Positions 24,484 through 34,899 of a stretch of DNA of 41,161 nucleotides are shown one piece after another. How positions within the stretch are numbered: the first letter of the stretch is position 1; each line of letters starts with the position of its first letter. Below the pieces are notes generated by a model, which saw only the letters and a program-made list of their open reading frames with translations, was not told the origin of the DNA and did no database searches. A program made the position numbers and the translations under genes. This stretch comes from Basidiobolus meristosporus CBS 931.73. Taxonomy: Eukaryota > Fungi > Basidiobolomycota. Location: the NCBI GenBank assembly GCA_002104905.1, contig MCFE01000737.1, positions 1 to 41,161 of the forward strand, in the 5' to 3' direction.

Positions 24484-24972
24484 TCAGTTCTGGCAGTATT
24501 GGACATGCCAATGGTTCCCCTCGTTGAGATAGAAGTTTCCTGCACTGGAGACCCAGTACTTCTGCCCGTTGGAGGTAGTGCTAGGACCTCTCATGTTCTT
24601 CTGGATGTAGTTGGTAAGGCAAGCCTTCATTCTGAGGTCGACGGCTTGTCCCAAGGCATGGAAGGAAGTCTTCCCGTGGGGATAGATCTCGGCGGCCCCG
24701 GTGACTACCACAGGACACCCACTGCCCAACATGCTCTGAAGACCGACCACGGCATTCACGGTGGACACCTCCATCCCGGTCAAGCAAGTTTGGTCGACGT
24801 TTGCGTTGCGGTCTTTGCAACCAAGGTTCACCGAAATCCCACTTCTCGAAAGAACGTTCCTGGGCTCCTGCTCGTTAGTATAGCGAGCAGTGGGCTGATG
24901 GCGAGGGTTACATTCAAAGGCCATGGTTGCGCCGATGAAACCGAGGAGAAGGGTGGAGATAGCGGCTCTCAT
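24484..24972 (-). CDS. Small secreted M15/LAS-type (Hedgehog/DD-peptidase fold) Zn-metallopeptidase-like protein, copy 1
   Basis: Signal peptide; SFHALGQAVD (SxHxxGxAxD, H-x6-D) and HWH (HxH) Zn-ligand motifs; several Cys; TATAAATA at 25018-25025 (minus strand). Confidence 0.75.
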   Translation of the reverse strand: MRAAISTLLLGFIGATMAFECNPRHQPTARYTNEQEPRNVLSRSGISVNLGCKDRNANVDQTCLTGMEVSTVNAVVGLQSMLGSGCPVVVTGAAEIYPHGKTSFHALGQAVDLRMKACLTNYIQKNMRGPSTTSNGQKYWVSSAGNFYLNEGNHWHVQYCQN

Positions 24973-25910
24973 TGCGAAGTTGAGTTGGTGGTGCTCGGCA
25001 ACGATGAGAATCGTACATATTTATAGCCAAGCACTAGGTTTCATTAGGCTTTCAGAACTTCCCACCACTGAAATGGTACTGCATGACGCAGCTAGATGCT
25101 TGTAATATTATGAGAGTCTTCTCGCTATTGGGTATTTGCAAAAGTCAATGGTCTGGGATTCTGTGTAGCTTAAGCTGGTTAGTAATAAACACTGTGAACT
25201 TTGGTGCGATCATCTCCGGGCACATAGATGCGGTTGACGAACCTAATGATTGCGGCTTCCTAGGTACACGTGCGTTACTTTTGTTTCTGTCCATCTGATT
25301 CGAAGCATGGAAAGTTAAATGGGTAGAGTGCTAAGGCTCAACTGGTTAGAATCAACACAATCAGCGAACCAAACGTTTTGTGGAACCATTCGGATAAAGT
25401 CCACTATATCGCTTCGTGTATGATTCTCATCATCAATGGAACAATCTTCAGGATTTTGAGATATTATCGGCTTCCCTGTTGTGGGTAATGATCATCGTAC
25501 TACCACCCCAAGTGCGAAGTTCTGGTGCAGTAGAGCTAGAAACGAAATACTGAAATTGTTTTTACGCTCTCTTCCTAAATTAACCACTCACAGTCGGAGG
25601 AAATATCTATTGAGTTCTGCCTCTATTATAGCTAGAATGACGATAGTTTATCGGTCGCAGAGGGCCAAATTTCCCACCCAACTTCTTGTAAAACCGGGCT
25701 TCTCACAATATCTATTAGATGGAAGTTTGCTTTGACTTTGTTCCATAAACGCTATCCTACGTATGTTCTCAAATATAGAAAAAGGAAATATACTAGGGTG
25801 ATACACAATAGGTGCATCAAGATGGAATCTTAACTTTATTTAGCATTCCATTGTTTGTGTTGCAAGGGTTGTCTCATTTCCCAAATCCAAAATTCATTCC
25901 TGTAGCCGAC

Positions 25911-26399
25911 TCAGTTCTGGCAGTATTGGACATGCCAATGGTTCCCCTCGTTGAGATAGAAGTTTCCCGCGCTAGAGACCCAGTACTTCTGCCCGTTGGA
26001 GGTAGTGCTAGGACCTCTCATATTCTTCTGAATGTAGTTGGTAAGGCAAGCCTTCATTCTGAGGTCGACGGCTTGTCCCAAGGCATGGAAGGAAGTCTTC
26101 CCGTGGGGATAGATCTCGGCGGCCCCGGTGACTACCACAGGACACCCACTGCCCAACATGCTCTGAAGACCGACCACGGCATTCACGGTGGACACCTCCA
26201 TCCCGGTCAAGCAAGTTTGGTCGACGTTTGCGTTGCGGTCTTTGCAACCAAGGTTCACCGAAATCCCACTTCTCGAAAGAACGTTCCTGGGCTCCTGCTC
26301 GTTAGTGTAGCGAGCAGTGGGCTGATGGCGAGGGTTACATTCAAAGGCCATGGTTGCGCCGATGAAACCGAGAAGAAGGGTGGAAATAGCAGCTTTCAT
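25911..26399 (-). CDS. M15/LAS-type secreted Zn-peptidase-like protein, copy 2
   Basis: Protein identical to copy 1 except R2K. It lies 1427 bp from copy 1, and the upstream flanks are also homologous. Confidence 0.75.
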   Translation of the reverse strand: MKAAISTLLLGFIGATMAFECNPRHQPTARYTNEQEPRNVLSRSGISVNLGCKDRNANVDQTCLTGMEVSTVNAVVGLQSMLGSGCPVVVTGAAEIYPHGKTSFHALGQAVDLRMKACLTNYIQKNMRGPSTTSNGQKYWVSSAGNFYLNEGNHWHVQYCQN

Positions 26400-27273
26400 T
26401 GCGAAGTTGAGTTGGTGGTGCTCAGCAATGATGAGAATCGCGCATATTTATAGCCAAGTGTGCAACATATATCAGGGCACTCTCGAAACTTCTCGATGTA
26501 GTAACGAGCACAGCATGGCTCAACAATATGCCTGTAGTATTATGAGGCATTTCCCGCTATGGGGTGGGTGATAAAAATGATTGAGTCAGTTATTAATAAA
26601 CATCAGAAATCCTGCTACGATTCACTCCAGGTACAGGAAAGTGATAAATGAATGGGCTAAATGACTGCGCACATATACCGGGCGCTCTCAAGCACATCTG
26701 TGGGACCTGGGCTTCTACCTATATAATTCGAAGCAGGTATTTATGGAAGCGTAACTGTTGGAGTGCCGGAACCGAACTAATCATGCCCGGTGTAATGGAT
26801 AGGACTAGGAGTAAAATGCTTGCCTATTATTGGAGTCAGTGAACTTCACTTTGTCGTAAACATTAATTCACTCCCATCGTGACTCATCATATCAATCGAA
26901 TAAGAAAATTATGTGAAACAATTCGGATAAACTCTAGTGTATCACTTCGTGTACATTTCTCTTAAATGATTGAGCCATATCCCAGAGTTAGCAATGCTAC
27001 TAGCATTCCCAGTTTGGGAAATGATCAACGAATTACCACTACACGTGGGTAATTCTGGAAGATCTTGATCCAAATTGGGATGACCATCTGAATGTACCCG
27101 GACTCGAATTTTTGTGCAGCATCAATTAGCAAACTACCTGCACCTTGAAGCAGAAATTTGGTGACTGCGTAAAACACAAACTATCGCATCGTAGTCACAC
27201 GTACCAAGCTAAAATATCTAGTTTTCAATTTATTAACATGCAAGTTATATGCTCAAAGATATTGCTTTTCGGT

Positions 27274-27901
27274 TCAACAAGCACCTAAGTCAGCCCATGC
27301 GTCAGTGCTACCAGGGGCCTGGCCTTGTGTCCACCACCTGGCCTGCCACAAGTGGTCACCATAAATAACCTTGGCAGATTCGGAGTAGGCAGTGTCTGGG
27401 CTCCAGGCCAGCACCCCGTCACAGATACCAGGGTTAGGAGTAGAAGTGGGGCTGAGGCTCGATGTAGGGGAAGTCACCTCTGGGCGAATGGTGATGGTTG
27501 GTCGAGCATCAAGCAAGTCCGTGCCATCGTACTGGCCTTGGTATGGGAACTCAGGGATTGTAGGGTATCCTGGCAGGTTTGCGACCAAGAGTTTCGGGCC
27601 ACTTATGTAGCCCTCGTCTGAGCCCTTGATCTCGATATCGGCACAGTTCATGTAGTATTCACGGTTGCCCACCTTGTTGATCCAAGCCCAAGCGAAGACG
27701 ACATTCTTGCTGGTGCCAGCCGACTTGGGAATAGGCACCGAATAGTCCAGACTGCCGATCAGACAATCTTCGTAGACAGTCTTCAGAACGGCAAAAGTCT
27801 TCCCTTCGTCGTAGGACACGGCAAATTGACAATGACCTCCGCTGTGAGTCGCGACTCCGCCAAGCTTGACCTGGATCTCCTTGCCAGCCTCGACAGTCTG
27901 G
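27274..27901 (-). pseudogene. 5'-deleted copy of the AA11-like LPMO-CBM5/12 gene
   Basis: Near-identical to 30428-31055 but cut at ~27901 and joined to sequence homologous to ~31480 onward. Signal peptide and His1 are missing. Confidence 0.8.
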
Positions 27902-28832
27902 CAAGTTACCTCACTTCAGAAAAGGGGGTGATCTATCCTTTGTAGTTAGAGTCAGATGAATAGCCTGGAGTGAGGGTAGATCCGTCACTATACCCAGAAA
28001 GTGTAAATACTCTTTCGAGAGTGCACTAAGCCGGAGAAGGCCATCTCCAAATGGAGAATGCCTTGATTAAATGTATAGGATAATCGACCGAAAATAGTTG
28101 GAGCGATCGGCACTTCGGACCGCAAAAATTCTTTTACTTCTTCTCTTCCACGCTGCACGTTTCCGTTTGAATCCGTATCTTAGGATTGTTTCAGGATGTA
28201 GATACCATTGTGTAAGCATGAACTAAGCTGCTATTGATTATTCAGGAACAGAAGCTAAGATTTTATATAGAACTTCAGCACAATTCTTGTGAGTCTTCAC
28301 ATGAATGAATAGTAAGGTACCGGTGATGCTATGAATTGGAGATAATGTATTCCGGCATTGGAGAGGCGGCTAGGAATTTCCAAAGCACAGGTATACACAT
28401 AACGCTTCGAGGAAAAAATACGTAGAAGCATATTGCCTACATAGCGTTTCTTCGTTTATTTTGGTAGGAAACAATAAATGTCAATACCGCGCTTTTTGGT
28501 CGCAAGTGAATTTCATCGAACTGGAGCCGCATTGTCGGCTTTAGATTGAGCCAACTAACAAATGGCACTCGCCAAAATTTTTTAGGATGCTTTTACAACT
28601 CAGATTCAGGACCTGGATTGATTGGAAGCAAAACCAATATATACAAATCACGGATCCGATCTAAAATAGATCTGGCTTATATTTTTTTAATGTTTCCAGA
28701 ATGTGCCACCGTGATACAAAATGGATTCATCGGAAGCATCAAGATGGAATCTTAACTTTATTTAGCATTCCATTGTTTGTGTTGCAAGGGTTGTCCCATT
28801 TCCCAAATCCAAAATTCATTCCTGTAGCCGAC

Positions 28833-29250
28833 TCAGTTCTGGCAGTATTGGGCATGCCAATGGTTCCCCTCGTTGAGATAGAAGTTTCCCGCGCTAGAGA
28901 CCCAGTACTTCTGCCCGCTGAAGTTCTGCTAGGGCTTCTCATATTTTTCTCAATATAGTTAGTAAGGCAAGCTTTCATTCTGAGGTCGACTGCCTGTGCC
29001 AAGGCATGGAAAGAAGTCTTGCCATGGGGGTAGATTTCGGCGGCTCCGGTGACTACCATGGGAAACCCAATGCCTAGCATGTTTTGAAGGCAAACTAAAA
29101 CATTCTGGTGGACACTTCCATCCCGGCCAAGCAAGTTTGGTCGACATTTGCGTTGCGGTCTTTGCAACCAAGGCTCACGGAAATACCGCTTCTCGAACGT
29201 TCCTGAACTCTTGCTCGTTAGTGTACCGAGCGGTGGGCTGATGGCGGGGG
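28833..29250 (-). pseudogene. M15/LAS peptidase-like pseudogene, copy 3
   Basis: Homologous to copies 1 and 2; lacks the signal peptide and has frameshifts and a stop. HALAQAVD and HWH are retained. Confidence 0.75.
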
Positions 29251-30427
29251 CTCCACTTAGGATGACTCAACTGCGTACTTGTAGCGTTCCCCCTCTAAGA
29301 GATGGTTGCATAAAATGATTCTGTGTAGCTTGAGCTGGTTATTCATAAATGCCATAAATTCTGAGGTAATCCACTCCGAGGACAGCGAAGCGGTAACTTG
29401 ATGAGCCCAATGACTGCGAGCTTCCCAGGTACACATGCGTAACTTGTATTTTCATCTACCTGATCTGCAGTGCGGGAAGTTTATCGGGTCGAGTGCTGAA
29501 TCTAGGGCAGGCACACTTAACTTTGTCTTGAATTGTCCGTCTACTTCGTGAATAACCCCGTATGCTGATCGAAAGTAAGATAGCCATTTAGATGGGTCGC
29601 TTCGCGTATATTTCTCATCATCGATTGAACAATATTTCGGAGTTCGGGATTCCCCGTTTGAAGAATGATCATCGTATAATAACTCTGTGTCGAATTTTGG
29701 AATACCAAGATACACAATAAGGCTATAGGAAAGAAGCAATGTCCCAACGCTCCTCTTCCTACATCATAAACATCTAGTTAAGTATAACCCTTATTGGGGT
29801 CAACCCTAACTACGACAAGATTGCTAAGTCGCTTTTTATATTTGATTGGTTGAATGAAAATTTGTGCCCCAGAAGTAAGTTCAACCCTCACTTTACTCCT
29901 TGAATGAAATCAAATAATTCCACAACACTCTCCTAGTCTGCTGTTGGGAGATATACCTGAGCGCACTATGAGGGGCGATATACCCAAAGTAAGGGGAAGC
30001 GGTTAACAAATCTATTTATACATTTATGGGCTTAGAATCGCTGAATCTTAAGAAAACCAGTACTTGCTACGAAGTAGCTGGAAAACACCTGACCTCTACA
30101 TACGAACAGTGCATTTGTGAATATGTATTAGCGCTAAGCATCATCGCTTTTAGGATATTTCATTTTCTATGTTGCCACAAAAAATTGTTCTGTGAGTACA
30201 CCAGGCTCTTGATATTGATAGCAAGTTAAATCAGCTTCTTTCCAGTCCAAACTCATCGTTATTAACCAGAAACTTCATAAATATAAAAATATTAAGTCAT
30301 GTGCATTCTACCACCGCCTGAAATACATCAAAAATGATATTTGTGTCAATATCTAGGTGTTCATTTGTTTGCTAGTTTTTAATTCATTCACAAGTAAACT
30401 ATATGCTTGAAAATGTTGATTTCCGGC

Positions 30428-31252
30428 TCAACAAGCACCTAAGTCAGCCCATGCGTCAGTGCTACCAGGGGCCTGGCCTTGCGTCCACCACTTGGCCTGC
30501 CACAAGTGGTCACCATAAATAACCTTGGCAGATTCGGAGTAGGCAGTGTCTGGGCTCCAGGCCAGCACCCCGTCACAGATACCAGGGTTAGGAGTAGAAG
30601 TGGGGCTGACGCTCGATGTAGGGGAGGTCACCTCTGGGCGAATGGTGATGGTTGGTCGAGCATCAAGCAAGTCCATGCCATCGTACTGGCCTTGGTATGG
30701 GAACTCAGGGATTGTAGGGTATCCTGGCAGGTTTGCGACCAAGAGTTTCGGGCCACTTATGTAGCCCTCGTCTGAGCCCTTGATCTCGATATCGGCACAG
30801 TTCATGTAGTATTCACGGTTGCCCACCTTGTTGATCCAAGCCCAAGCGAAGACGACATTCTTGCTGGTGCCAGCGGACTTGGGGATAGGCACCGAATAGT
30901 CCAGGCTGCCGATCAGACAATCATCGTAGACAGTCTTCAGAACGGCAAAAGTCCTCCCTTCGTCGTAGGACACGGCAAACTGGCAGTGGCCACCGCTGTG
31001 GGTCGCGACTCCGCCAAGCTTGACCTGGATCTCCTTGCCAGCCTCGATAGTCTGGACAACCTTTCCTTGCTCGTAGCCCTTGCATGGATAGATGCCCAGA
31101 GGATCGACCATGTTGTAGTCAGGAATGCCGGTGAACGTGGGGTTGTATTTTGAGTGACGCGGAGGCGGCTGGATCATTTCCATATGGGCTGTGACCACTG
31201 CAGCAAGACTGGCCAAGGCAGCGCCGGATTGGAGAAATTTGGAGAAAATCAT
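30428..31252 (-). CDS. AA11-like lytic polysaccharide monooxygenase with a C-terminal CBM5/12 chitin-binding module
   Basis: ATG at 31252. The signal peptide ends AVVTA|H, giving an N-terminal His. THSGGHCQF supplies the second His; WAWINKVGNREYYMNCADI; a P/T/S linker; AW...AY....V.Y.D.LWQAKWWTQG..PG. Confidence 0.85.
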   Translation of the reverse strand: MIFSKFLQSGAALASLAAVVTAHMEMIQPPPRHSKYNPTFTGIPDYNMVDPLGIYPCKGYEQGKVVQTIEAGKEIQVKLGGVATHSGGHCQFAVSYDEGRTFAVLKTVYDDCLIGSLDYSVPIPKSAGTSKNVVFAWAWINKVGNREYYMNCADIEIKGSDEGYISGPKLLVANLPGYPTIPEFPYQGQYDGMDLLDARPTITIRPEVTSPTSSVSPTSTPNPGICDGVLAWSPDTAYSESAKVIYGDHLWQAKWWTQGQAPGSTDAWADLGAC

Positions 31253-32299
31253 ACTGGAGGTCAACTCGTTGATGGGGTACACAAGAGAGTAGCCCAAGTA
31301 TTTATACACACAGTCTGGCCACCCGAGGCTCTCAGCACCACCACGGCGACCAGTGGGTATGGGCATATCCACACACAACCACCCATTGTGAATGTTACAC
31401 CGAACTTTACTTATTCCAATAAGTCAGAGCTCCACTCTAAGCCGCTAGAAGACCCTATTCAATTCAATAAGAAAAAATACTGCGTAAATTACTTCAGTTC
31501 AGAAAAGGGAGCAAAATATACATGGCAGAGTCAAATGAATGGTCTAGAGTGCGGGAAAACTCACCACTATACTCAGAAAGTGTATATATCTCCCTTTGGT
31601 GGAGGGGAGGGAAGGGCTACTTAGCTTCCAAAAAGATTGGACTCGTTGGAGTAAATGTCCAGGACAATCGGCCGAAAATAGCTAAAGAGATCGGCACTTC
31701 GGACTCCGAATATTCTTCTATTTCTGTGTACACCCATACTTCACACTCCATCCTACCAGTGGCTTGCTATTTTGCTCGTATAAATCAGTATCCTTTTTGC
31801 CACCATATGTGGAGTAGCTTATTCCGGAATAGAGATCGTCAGGGAATTAGGGTCGGCAGTTAGAGTTGTTGAACCTACCAAAACCACCATTATAAACGTT
31901 TGCGAGTGTAAATATTAGCAGCATATCATGTCAGTGATAAGATCTGAGGTAACCGGGAGACATGGTGCTCGTAAAGCCACTTAGATTATACATTTACCAC
32001 CAAGAGGTCTTTCACGAAAGCGGCGTACCATGTAATTTGGCACTTGGTGTGAATGAATTTACATTCTCGGAGTACGATTGAAAATCCGAACCTTCGACCG
32101 CGGTAGGTATATGTTTACAATATACACATCAAACACTATGCTACTCCCCAGAGAAAAGTGCAAAGACATTACAGCATCCTATCTACCAGAGAAACCACTC
32201 GCTTGAGTCACTCTTTTCACCTAAATATTCATCGCTTCTCGTACATAAATTCTAGTTTCCAATTGTTAAATATTTATTTCCGCTTGTAGATTGTAGCTC

Positions 32300-32467
32300 T
32301 TAACGGCATGCGCGCATGGGGTTGGAGCTGCTGACTGCGGCACACTTGTTGGAGCAACACTGGCTGTTGCTGGTGCAAGAATAGCCTACCTTCTTACAAG
32401 CGGCTTCGGACTGGCTGGCCAGGAGAACGGTCATGAGAGCACCGAGGAGGAATGTCTTGAAGTTCAT
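32300..32467 (-). CDS. Secreted inhibitor-cystine-knot (knottin) peptide, copy 1 (55 aa; not in the ORF track)
   Basis: Hand translation: MNFKTFLLGALMTVLLASQSEA|ACKKVGYSCTSNSQCCSNKCAAVSSSNPMRACR*. Spacing C-x6-C-x5-CC-x3-C-x11-C. TATATAAA at 32532-32539 (minus strand). Confidence 0.85.
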   Translation of the reverse strand: MNFKTFLLGALMTVLLASQSEAACKKVGYSCTSNSQCCSNKCAAVSSSNPMRACR

Positions 32468-33743
32468 TGCGGATGTCTTTGAGAGTGGAGTGATTTTTCT
32501 TTTGATGGGGAGTTTACTAGCACAAAGGTCATTTATATAGTAATCTCAAGGGGCAATGGATCCTGAGTTGGTGACCAATATGCAGTTCGGGTGGGAATGG
32601 ATACCGCTTGATTTGGTTGTTCTACGTTACGCGTGAATACGTGTGTTCAGGTTAAAGGCGAATTTAAGCCTTGTGGACGATAGAAAGAAGAAAAACGGCC
32701 CTTGGCGTGTGTAGACCATCATCATGTATTAATGTAAGAATCTAGTACAGTATTTCACAGACGGCTGATATAGAGAATGTAGCTAACCTCACCCACCAGT
32801 GAAAGAATGGGTTAAATTGCGGAGCACAACGACAAGGTCTTTGTAGTAATTAGGGATATGACACAAGGCTTTGAAATGAGTCAGCAGTTGGAAATTGCTG
32901 CATACGATAGTAGTACAAGGTGCAACCCTTATCGGATTGAAATCGTTTCATGAGATGTATCAAGATTGTTTACTAGTTCCCATGAGTCATACGGCCCTAG
33001 ATGATTCTTACTTCCACAAAGAATAGCTTAAATTCCCATGTGCAAAAGGAGTCTCCATGTTCTTTACTGGGATTAGGATATAGCCATTACATATATAATA
33101 TTTAGTATCTATCCTTCTTCATCTTCTCAGCATATTCGAATAGCCTCTATTAAGCACAGTAATCGATTATTTTCAAAGCAAGCGCATATTTTTATTGCGA
33201 GATGTCCACAAAGGCAAATATTGAGTTGATTTCCGCATTAAACCTATTCTTTGTTGGGGTATATAATATATAATCACATTCTAAGTCACTTGACTTGTTG
33301 TCGAACGTAATGGGGTTATCGTAGGAAGGACACTGTGGGAAAAAATAAGAATTAAGGAAAGCTTCATGGCAGCATCGGCTTTCCGAAGTAGCGGAACAAT
33401 AAATGGTACGACGCATGATACTGCCTATTCATAACGGTATCGACATTCCGAGGTAGTGATTATCAACTAGTGGCACAACACACAGATGGACTGATCCTCA
33501 GTGACCGAGGATGGTGATCATTTCATATTTAAGCTAGTTTCTATGGTTATTAAATGTAGCTACTATTAAGCACGGCAGTCCCATATTTTCATAATGCATA
33601 ATCATGAACAAGCAAGAAAACTTCAACAGTAATGGGTGCAATGCGTCTTTTCTACCACTTTATTTTGACGAAGGCAAGTAGATTTATTACTCTGAAAAAT
33701 GGTAGAATATAGTTAAAGGGCAGACTTCTGTAGGATTTCCAGT

Positions 33744-33911
33744 CTAACGACAAGCACGCATGGGGTTGGAGCTGCTGACTGCGGCACACTTGTTGGAGCA
33801 ACACTGGCTGTTGCTGGTGCAAGAATAGCCTACCTTCTTACAAGCGGCTTCGGACTGGCTGGCCAGGAGAACGGTCATGAGAGCACCGAGGAGGAATGGC
33901 TTGAAGTTCAT
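33744..33911 (-). CDS. Secreted knottin peptide, copy 2 (55 aa)
   Basis: Same mature peptide as copy 1, with T5P in the signal peptide and synonymous changes in the last codons. Probable 37-nt 5'-UTR intron at 33922-33958 (GTGAGT...CTTAC...CAG) and TATAAAA upstream. Confidence 0.85.
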   Translation of the reverse strand: MNFKPFLLGALMTVLLASQSEAACKKVGYSCTSNSQCCSNKCAAVSSSNPMRACR

Positions 33912-34809
33912 TGTTGAGGACCTGCAAAGTAAGTTTTTTCTGGTGTTGAAAAACTCACCAGCCTTGAGGCCACTTTTATAGCAATTGAGGTGAGAAAATC
34001 CAGCGTGAGAGCCATCTGCATTGTGATTTCACTCTGTATCACAGGCCGTTGGTAAGCAGCAAAGTGTACAGCGGGGACGCGACTAGCTGAGCTTGCTACA
34101 AGTACATTGGACAAAGGCAATGAAATGCTCAAGGATCCTGAAAGTATACAGGCTGCGTTTTATTTTAATATTTAGTATCTCCAATATCCTTGTCCTCCTT
34201 GAATGAAAGACAGTATTCTCGTTTATAGTCGGCTCTGTTCCACCAATATCACACACCAAGTGAAGTTAAGCGGTAAAATGCATATTCATATACGACGAGT
34301 TTTGCCAGGGAGCACCATGCTTTACTGATGGTAATAGTATTGGTCTGTGTGGCTTTAGATGGAGGAGAGAACGGCTACTATTGTAAACACAATAGTAGGA
34401 ATCGTTGTTTTAGGATATATCAGTGTAACAAAATACAATCAATAAGTAGTATTAAGTATTGACTAAGCCTATCTATCAACGACCAAGAGGATTGCACTAA
34501 CAATATCAACGATTAAGAGGATTGCAATAAGAGTTTATTGGGAATTAGGGGAACATATTACCGCAAACCATCAGAGGTAGCCACAATCCTAGGTTTGCAA
34601 AGGCAATTCCGTAAATCTGGCGCTTCTGCTTTGGTTCGACTAATTTTCCCTTGAACTGGTGGGAGTCTCGGAAAAATCATGTCGGCTAAATGTCTGTACC
34701 ACACGAGTTCAACGTGGCTTAATGTTTCAATCTCTTGGTTCTACCCAATATTGCATTATTTGTCCCCATATCAGGTAACTCACACTATTTCTGGATCCAA
34801 ATGTATACC

Positions 34810-34899
34810 ATGGCTCTGTAAGCTGCGTGATGATGGCTCTGTAAGCTGCGTGATGATGGCTCTGTAAGCTGCGTGATGATGGCTCTGTAAGATGCGTGA
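34810..34899. repeat. 23-bp minisatellite, ~3.9 copies (atggctctgtaagctgcgtgatg)
   Basis: Three identical units plus one partial unit with a single substitution. Confidence 0.9.

Noticed and set aside
24499-26453. Plus-strand 175-aa and 213-aa ORFs repeated in both M15 copies
   Set aside because: Antisense shadows. Substitutions are synonymous on the minus strand, which also carries the signal peptide and TATA box.
34810-34899. CRISPR-like array
   Set aside because: Units are contiguous with no spacers, and the context is eukaryotic.
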